Positions 26,451 to 32,000 of a stretch of 32,000 nucleotides of DNA are shown here, piece after piece. Location of the stretch: positions 1,020,001 through 1,052,000 of the forward strand of contig NC_000854.2 in the NCBI RefSeq assembly GCF_000011125.1, read 5' to 3'. Under the pieces are notes generated by a model. The model was given only the letters and a program-made list of their open reading frames with translations. It was not told the origin of the DNA and did not search any database. The DNA comes from Aeropyrum pernix K1. Its GTDB lineage: Archaea; Thermoproteota; Thermoprotei_A; Sulfolobales; Acidilobaceae. The position numbers and the translations under genes are program-made. Numbering within the stretch: the stretch's first letter is position 1; every line of letters begins with the position of its first letter.

Positions 26451-26533
26451 ATATTTACACGTCTATCCCGCTACAGGCTCCAGGATACCAGCCCGGGGCG
26501 ATGCCAAGGTAGCTAGGGGGTGCAGCAGCCCCG

Positions 26534-27703
26534 ATGATACCTGTCACCCGCATGGCAGTGGGAAAGGGCACCGTGAGCACTAGGATAAAGGGGCTTCGAG
26601 GCAGAAGGCCTAGCAGCTTCGCCGACATCCTGAGACCGGTCGTCTTCTGGAACATAACCAGGGCATGCAACCTGAAGTGCATCCACTGCTACATATCCGC
26701 GGGGCCCCATCCGCTCCCCGGCGAACTCTCCACCGAGGAGGCCCTCGGGGTTGCTAGACAGCTTGTAGAGCATGGTGTACCCCTGGTAACGCTGAGCGGG
26801 GGTGAGCCCCTGGTTAGGAGGGATTTCTGGGCCATAGCTAAAGCGCTATCAGGCCACGACACACCCAAGCTGGCCTTGAGCAGCAACGGGACCCTAATAA
26901 CAAGGGAAACTGCTGCTAGGCTGCGGAGGCTAGGGTTCAGCTACGTCGGCATCAGCCTCGACAGTGTAGACCCGGGTGTGCACGACAAGTTCAGGGGCGC
27001 CCCCGGAGCGTTCAAAGCGGCCATCCGGGGTGCGAGGAATGCGTTGGAGGAGGGTCTTGACGTCGGGTTTAGGCTGACCATAACCAAGTACAACCTGGAC
27101 GACGCCCCCAGGATAATAAGGCTCGCCAGCGACATGGGGGTGCCCCGGGTTGCAATCTACGTCGTAGACCTCCTCGGCCGGGCGACTCCCGATCTTGCCC
27201 CTAGCCCCGAGGACCTCAGGCGGGCTATAGACGCTATACTTGAGGAGTCCGTCAGACACCAAGACAGGGTTGAGGTCCTCCTGGTGAGGGCCAACTTCGC
27301 TGGCGTCTACCTGGCCGACAGGCTTGCCAAGACAAGGGATGAGTTCCTGCAGCTGCTAAGCCTGGTAGGCAGCCACGGCGACTGCGGCAGGAAGTCTGTG
27401 AGCATATACCCTGACGGGACCGTGAGGCCCTGCCAGTTCCTCGAGGAGGTTGTAATAGGGGATCTGAGGAGGCAGAGGCTCGGCGAGATACTCTCCGCCG
27501 ATAACCCCCTCTTGAAGCCGTTCATAGCTGTGGACACGATGCTCAGAGGCCCAAAATGCGGGGGGTGCCCCTTCAAGAGGGTCTGCGGCGGGGGCAGCAG
27601 GATGAGGGCGCTCAAGACCACCGGCGAATTCTGGGGCGACGACCCCCTCTGCTTCATAGACCCCTGGAGCATCGCGCGGAGGTGGGGCTACAGTGCGGGG
27701 TAG
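26534..27703 (+). CDS. Radical SAM/SPASM protein, possibly AhbC/AhbD-like
   Basis: 389-aa ORF; NITRACNLKCIHCYISA (CxxxCxxC), LSGGEPLVRRDFW, C-terminal SPASM-type CGGCPFKRVCGGGSRMRALKTTGEFWGDDPLC. Confidence 0.93.
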   Translation: MIPVTRMAVGKGTVSTRIKGLRGRRPSSFADILRPVVFWNITRACNLKCIHCYISAGPHPLPGELSTEEALGVARQLVEHGVPLVTLSGGEPLVRRDFWAIAKALSGHDTPKLALSSNGTLITRETAARLRRLGFSYVGISLDSVDPGVHDKFRGAPGAFKAAIRGARNALEEGLDVGFRLTITKYNLDDAPRIIRLASDMGVPRVAIYVVDLLGRATPDLAPSPEDLRRAIDAILEESVRHQDRVEVLLVRANFAGVYLADRLAKTRDEFLQLLSLVGSHGDCGRKSVSIYPDGTVRPCQFLEEVVIGDLRRQRLGEILSADNPLLKPFIAVDTMLRGPKCGGCPFKRVCGGGSRMRALKTTGEFWGDDPLCFIDPWSIARRWGYSAG

Positions 27704-28904
27704 ATGGCCCTACGAGGAGAAGCCCCTCATAGTCTTCTGGGAGTCTACCAAGGCGTGCCTCCTAGCATGTAAACACTGCAGGGCCGAGGCTCTCACAGAG
27801 CCCCAGCCGGGGGAGCTATCGACCCGGGAGGCCCTGGCGCTGGTAGACCAGGTCGTCGAGTTTGGGAGGCCCTACCCGATACTCGTCATAACGGGCGGAG
27901 ACCCTCTTATGAGGAGGGACTTCTGGAGGATCCTAGAGTACGCCGTCAGCCAGGGCCTCAGGGTTGCCGTGGCACCTAGCGTCACCCCCCTCCTCACGAG
28001 GGAGGTCGTCAGGCGTATGGCTAGAATGGGTGTCGCCAGGATATCGATATCCATAGACAGCGGCCTACCCGAAGTGCATGACGCTATACGGGGAGTCCCC
28101 GGCACCTTCAAGGCCAGCGTTAACATCGTCAGAGAGGCGCTCGCCGCCGGCCTCCCCGTGCAGATTAACACTACAGTCATGAAGCCCACGGTGGATAGCC
28201 TCCCCGAAACACTGAAACTGCTCCTCGATCTGGGTGTGGACGTGTGGGAGGTCTTCTACGTAGTCCCCACTGGCAGGGCCGCCAGGATCCTGGATTTAAC
28301 CCCCTCTGAGTGGGAGGATGTGAGCAACTACCTCTACGACGCCTCAAGATACGGCGTTCTGGTTAGAACCGTTGAGGGCCCAATGTTCAGGAGGATAGCC
28401 CTCACCCGCAGGCTTCTAGAGAATATGGGGTTAGACTGGAGAAACCGCCTGAGGCCGGGCAGCCTCTATCACAAGCTCGCCAGGAAGACCCTCGAGCTGC
28501 TTGGAGACCCCCCGGGCGAGGCTAGAGCCCAGACAACCGGTACTAGGGACGGGAAGGGTGTGATATTCGTGTCCAACAAGGGCCTAGTCTACCCCAGCGG
28601 CTTCCTCCCATACCCTGTGGGGGACGTTAGGAAATCCAGCTTGAAGGAGATCTACCAGTCTAGCCCAGAGCTGGAGGGGCTGCGGAAGGCCGTGTTCAAG
28701 GGGAGGTGCGGTCGATGCGAGTTCAGCCAGCTCTGCGGAGGCAGCAGGGCTAGAGCCTACTCCTACACTGGCGACCCTCTGGGCGAGGACCCCGCGTGCG
28801 CCTACAGGCCAGGGGAGTTCAGAAGCCTGCTCCAGGAGCTTGGCGTAGGGGAGGCTGACGTCTACGGGCTCGTGGAGAAGCTAGGCCACGGAAGGATACT
28901 CTAG
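27702..28904 (+). CDS. Radical SAM/SPASM protein, second of the pair; exact start uncertain (ORF track from 27693)
   Basis: EKPLIVFWESTKACLLACKHCRAEA, VITGGDPLMRRDFWRILEYA, VFVSNKGLVYPSGFLPYPVGDVR, and CGRCEFSQLCGGSRARAYSYTGDPLGEDPAC. Resembles the BA_1875/TIGR04053-type group from memory. Confidence 0.9.
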   Translation, partial: RWPYEEKPLIVFWESTKACLLACKHCRAEALTEPQPGELSTREALALVDQVVEFGRPYPILVITGGDPLMRRDFWRILEYAVSQGLRVAVAPSVTPLLTREVVRRMARMGVARISISIDSGLPEVHDAIRGVPGTFKASVNIVREALAAGLPVQINTTVMKPTVDSLPETLKLLLDLGVDVWEVFYVVPTGRAARILDLTPSEWEDVSNYLYDASRYGVLVRTVEGPMFRRIALTRRLLENMGLDWRNRLRPGSLYHKLARKTLELLGDPPGEARAQTTGTRDGKGVIFVSNKGLVYPSGFLPYPVGDVRKSSLKEIYQSSPELEGLRKAVFKGRCGRCEFSQLCGGSRARAYSYTGDPLGEDPACAYRPGEFRSLLQELGVGEADVYGLVEKLGHGRIL

Positions 28905-28939
28905 AGTTTGGGTTTATCGAGTTTATTTAAATAAATTTT

Positions 28940-29587
28940 GTGAACCGGGATAAACTTACCCGCAGGGAGTTTACCGGGGTGCTTGCCGTGTTCTACCCTC
29001 CAAGAGGCCCTATAGATAAGAGTGTCATGGCCGATGTCGCAGAGGCCCTTAAGACACTCTACGAGAGGGGTCTCGTCCAGGCGATGGGAGGCAATGTTTC
29101 CGCGCTGCACAACGGCCTAGTCTACTTATCGCCGACGCGTGTTTTCAGAGGCAGGCTGAGCTGGATGGACGTGGCAGTCATGAGGCTTGACGGCAGTGTA
29201 GTTAGGGGGAGGCCCAGCAGCGAGTGGAGGATGCACATCGCCATATATAGACGCCTAGATGGCATCGCGGCCGTCGTCCACGCCCACCCCCCAGCCCTCC
29301 TCGGGGCGGACTCGACGGGGCTTAGGCTCAACCCCAGCCTCCTCATGGAGGCCGAGGCCACCGTAGGCTGTGTGGCGGGGGTACCACGGGTCAAACCTGG
29401 CACCTGGGAGCTGGCCGAGGCCGTGGCCACTGCTCTAGAAGCCTCCGGCTGTAGAGCCGCAGTGCTCAGGAACCATGGAGTTGTGGCTGTGGGTAGAAGC
29501 CTCTGGGAGGCCCTCGATATGGCTGAAGCAGTTGAGGACCTCGCCAGAATCAGCCTGTACCAGAGGCTGGGCGGCGGAGGCGTATAG
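28940..29587 (+). CDS. Class II aldolase/adducin family protein (fuculose-1-phosphate-aldolase-like); start uncertain
   Basis: GLVQAMGGNVSALHNGLVYLSPTR, SSEWRMHIAIYRRLDGIAAVVHAHPPALLG, AAVLRNHGVVAVGRSLWEALDMAEAVEDLARI: Glu, HxH and distal His metal ligands present. Confidence 0.9.
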   Translation: MNRDKLTRREFTGVLAVFYPPRGPIDKSVMADVAEALKTLYERGLVQAMGGNVSALHNGLVYLSPTRVFRGRLSWMDVAVMRLDGSVVRGRPSSEWRMHIAIYRRLDGIAAVVHAHPPALLGADSTGLRLNPSLLMEAEATVGCVAGVPRVKPGTWELAEAVATALEASGCRAAVLRNHGVVAVGRSLWEALDMAEAVEDLARISLYQRLGGGGV

Positions 29588-29589
29588 CT

Positions 29590-30597
29590 ATGGCGGGTGA
29601 GCCCAGGCTCGGCAGGACCGGCCCGCGGGTATCGAGGGTTGGGCTGGGCCTCTGGCAGTTCGGCTCGCCGATGTGGGGTGGGAAGGCGCTATCGGCCGAT
29701 GTTCTGGCTAGAGGCCTATCCATAGCCGTGGAGGAGGGGATCAACCTCCTCGACACCGCTGAGGTCTACGGCATGGGCTCTTCCGAGAGGATGCTTGGCG
29801 AGGCCCTAAAGAGGCTTAACGCTAGGGAGGACTTCGTAATAGTGAGCAAGGTCGCAGGGTTCAGGAGTACCGCGGGCGACATAGTGAAGGGGGCCCGCGG
29901 CATAGCGGGGAGGCTCAGCTCGGCGCCCGACGTCATCCTACACCACTGGCCACCCCCCGTTTACTCTAGGCTCTGCAGCGTAGTTCGCGGGCTGGAGCAG
30001 GCTGTTAATGAGGGTCTAGCCAGCTACTACGGCTTCTCTAACTACGGCGAGGACCTCCTGGGCGACGCCCTATCCTGCACCAGGAGGCTCGAGCCAGTGG
30101 CGGACCAGATACTATACAATCTAGCCTACAGGACTCCAGAGCAGCGGCTCATACCCCTCCTACACCAGCACGGAATGACCCCCATAGCGTGGAGCCCCCT
30201 CGCGAAGGGCGCCCTGGCAGGCTTCAAAGGCGAGCCCACCAGGGCCCAGGCGGGTGACCCCGTCTTCAGAACTGCCCTAGAAGATACTGGGCTGCAGGAG
30301 GTCCTGGAGTCCGTAGCCCGGCGTCTAGGGGCGTCGAAAGCGTCTGTAGCCCTGGCTTGGGTAGCCTACAAGGGTGCCGTGCCTATAGTGGGGTGGAGGA
30401 GGCCTGAGAGGGTTAGGGAGGCGGCCGCGGCCGCCAGGCTAAAGCTGAGCGAGGAGGATGTGGCATTGCTTGACGAGGCGAGCAAGCGCTACGTAACATT
30501 GTGGGGCAGCAGCTATAGCCCCCCAGGCCTGCGGAGGATCAGGCTAATTCCCGGGGCGCTGCAGCGGCTCGCCATAAGGTTGTGGGGAGGCATCTAG
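29590..30597 (+). CDS. Aldo/keto reductase family protein
   Basis: 335-aa ORF; VSRVGLGLWQFG, GINLLDTAEVYGMGSSERMLGEALK, VIVSKV, VILHHWPPP, YYGFSNYG, GLQEVLESVARRLGASKASVALAWVAYKGAVPIVGWRRPERVREA. Confidence 0.94.
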   Translation: MAGEPRLGRTGPRVSRVGLGLWQFGSPMWGGKALSADVLARGLSIAVEEGINLLDTAEVYGMGSSERMLGEALKRLNAREDFVIVSKVAGFRSTAGDIVKGARGIAGRLSSAPDVILHHWPPPVYSRLCSVVRGLEQAVNEGLASYYGFSNYGEDLLGDALSCTRRLEPVADQILYNLAYRTPEQRLIPLLHQHGMTPIAWSPLAKGALAGFKGEPTRAQAGDPVFRTALEDTGLQEVLESVARRLGASKASVALAWVAYKGAVPIVGWRRPERVREAAAAARLKLSEEDVALLDEASKRYVTLWGSSYSPPGLRRIRLIPGALQRLAIRLWGGI

Positions 30598-31100
30598 GCC
30601 TGCGCGCTAGCAGTCATCCTCCTATGCTCCTCCATCATGCACCTGTCGACTACAACGTCTAACCCGGCGTCCAGCAGCTTCTTCACAGCCTCCTCCGAAG
30701 CCGTACCCTTCTGGAACCAGACGACTATCCTCCTCCCCGCCCTCCTGGCGAGCCTAATGGCCTGCTCGGCGACCGCCTCAGCCTCTCTGGGGGGTCTGAA
30801 GACGTCTACCACATCCACCTCGCGGGCTATCTCATCCGGTATCTCGTCGAGGCTGGGGTAAGCCTTCTCACCCAGTATCTCGTCGGCGGAGGGGTTAACC
30901 GGTATTATCCTGTATCCAGCCTTTTTGAGGTACTCGGGGACCCTGTATGCATCCTTCTCAGGGTTCCTGCTGGCGCCGACCACAGCCACCACCCGGGCTG
31001 TCCTGAGGACCTCGAACGGATCCCTTATAGAGCCCTTCACCGATAACCACCCACACAACATTTGGGGTGGCCCCGGGTTTAAGTCCTCCAATATAAACAT
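30594..31100 (-). CDS. CoA-binding domain (YccU-like) protein
   Basis: VVAVVGASRNPEKDAYRVPEYLKKAGYRIIPVNPSADEILGEKAYPSLDEIP...VVWFQKGTASEEAVKKLLDAGLDVVVDRCMMEEHRR. Confidence 0.92.
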   Translation of the reverse strand: MFILEDLNPGPPQMLCGWLSVKGSIRDPFEVLRTARVVAVVGASRNPEKDAYRVPEYLKKAGYRIIPVNPSADEILGEKAYPSLDEIPDEIAREVDVVDVFRPPREAEAVAEQAIRLARRAGRRIVVWFQKGTASEEAVKKLLDAGLDVVVDRCMMEEHRRMTASAQA

Positions 31101-31137
31101 CTATCTTAAACCACGGGCCAGTGAGGTTGCAGAGCGT

Positions 31138-31512
31138 ATGACTGGGGAGGGGTATAAGCAGGCCATCGTAGTCAGGAGAGACCTGGGGATGGGGAGGGGT
31201 AAGGCAGCCGCCCAGGCTGCCCACGCCTCGTGCGAGGCGGTGTTCCTCATACTAGAGAGCGGTAGGCCCGAGTGGAGGAGGTGGCTGGAGATGTGGAGGC
31301 TTCAGGGTCAGGCTAAGGTAGTTCTGAGGGTTGAAAGCCTGGCCGAGCTGCAAGAAGTATATAGCAAGGCTGTGGAGGAGGGCCTGCCCGCCTCTTTCGT
31401 CAGGGACGCTGGCAAAACTCAGCTGGAGCCTGGTACGCCTACTGCTGCGGCGGTGGGCCCCGCACCCTCTAGGTTAGTCGACAGGATAACTGGGGGGCTC
31501 AAGCTTTTCTAA
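31138..31512 (+). CDS. pth2: Peptidyl-tRNA hydrolase, archaeal/eukaryal Pth2 type
   Basis: From ATG 31138: MTGEGYKQAIVVRRDLGMGRGKAAAQAAHASCEAV...KVVLRVESLAELQEVYSKAVEEGLPASFVRDAGKTQLEPGTPTAAAVGPAPSRLVDRITGGLKLF. Confidence 0.96.
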   Translation: MTGEGYKQAIVVRRDLGMGRGKAAAQAAHASCEAVFLILESGRPEWRRWLEMWRLQGQAKVVLRVESLAELQEVYSKAVEEGLPASFVRDAGKTQLEPGTPTAAAVGPAPSRLVDRITGGLKLF

Positions 31513-31528
31513 TCACATTTCAACCCGG

Positions 31529-32000
31529 CTACGGGGATATGAGATCGTGTATCTCGTCGCCCATAACTGTGGTGCCGCAGTAGACGCACCGGTAGGCTGG
31601 CGGGTCTTGGGAGACGAGCACCATCTTCGAAACAGCCTTCTCCCTCTCCTTCCTCGTTATGCAGGTGGGGTTGGGGCACCGTAGAACCCCTTGTGACTCC
31701 TCCGGCAGCTTTAGCTTAACCTTCTCGACTACCTTGTAGTCCTCTATAACGTTGAAGGTCGCCCCGGGTGCTATGATACCGAGGACCTCCAGGTCCCTCT
31801 GCCGGGGCTTGTAGCCCTCAATCTTTAGTATATCCTTTCTACCCAGCTTCGAGCTCTCGGCGTTTATAACCACCGCTATCCTCCACCTATAGCCCCTGGG
31901 CGGGAGAAGGCCCAGTGCCTTGAGCATGGTGAACGCCCTGCCTGGGGGAATGTGGTCTATCACCACCCCGCTCCTTATCTTCCTAACAAGCAGTCCCTCG
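31529..32000 (-). CDS. pyrI: Aspartate carbamoyltransferase regulatory subunit, partial (runs off right edge)
   Basis: Frame stays open to 32000 (EGLLVRKIRSGVVIDHIPPGRAFTMLKALGL); zinc-ligand pattern CPNPTC...YRCVYC. Confidence 0.96.
   Translation of the reverse strand, partial: EGLLVRKIRSGVVIDHIPPGRAFTMLKALGLLPPRGYRWRIAVVINAESSKLGRKDILKIEGYKPRQRDLEVLGIIAPGATFNVIEDYKVVEKVKLKLPEESQGVLRCPNPTCITRKEREKAVSKMVLVSQDPPAYRCVYCGTTVMGDEIHDLISP

Noticed and set aside
26355-26533. Search for a RiPP-like precursor peptide upstream of the radical SAM pair
   Set aside because: Only very short open frames (for example ATGCCAAGGTAG); no Cys/Gly-rich or leader-like peptide visible.
30925-31137. 71-aa N-terminal extension of the Pth2 ORF
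   Set aside because: It overlaps the CoA-binding gene on the other strand; Pth2 homology starts at MTGEGYKQAIVV (31138).
1-32000. CRISPR array, transposon, integrase, toxin-antitoxin or defence island
   Set aside because: No spaced direct repeats, terminal inverted repeats, transposase/integrase motifs or phage genes were recognised; gene content is housekeeping.

Overview
The window looks like ordinary, gene-dense, GC-rich core chromosome from a hyperthermophilic crenarchaeon. An Aeropyrum/Desulfurococcales origin is inferred from protein style, GTG/TTG starts and apparently leaderless promoters; it was not verified by any search. I see no mobile element, CRISPR array, prophage or defence island. 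Recognisable content: a NEMF/RqcH homolog; a cation-efflux (CDF) protein; ApgM; a CAU (Met) tRNA with initiator features; aconitase; a geranylgeranyl-reductase-family flavoprotein; subunit I of a B-type (ba3-like) heme-copper oxidase; SUI1; Rpo12/RpoP; a four-gene CUT1-like sugar ABC transporter; agmatinase-family protein; GlyRS; catalytic-type tRNA-splicing endonuclease EndA; an inferred Clp1/Grc3-type polynucleotide kinase, macro-domain and UbiX operon; two adjacent radical SAM/SPASM proteins; class II aldolase; aldo-keto reductase; CoA-binding protein; Pth2; and a partial PyrI. The points most worth a second look are: the EndA / polynucleotide kinase / macro-domain neighbourhood, which could be an RNA end-processing module; a 52-aa ORF missing from the supplied track (6113-6271 +); a duplicated acceptor-strand sequence and very close TATA element just upstream of the initiator tRNA; an oxidase subunit I with no subunit II nearby; a G/C-free 32-nt island upstream of that oxidase gene; two uncharacterised genes between glyS and endA; and the radical SAM pair. 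Nothing here is clearly a new multi-gene system, so the cluster functions below are hypotheses.
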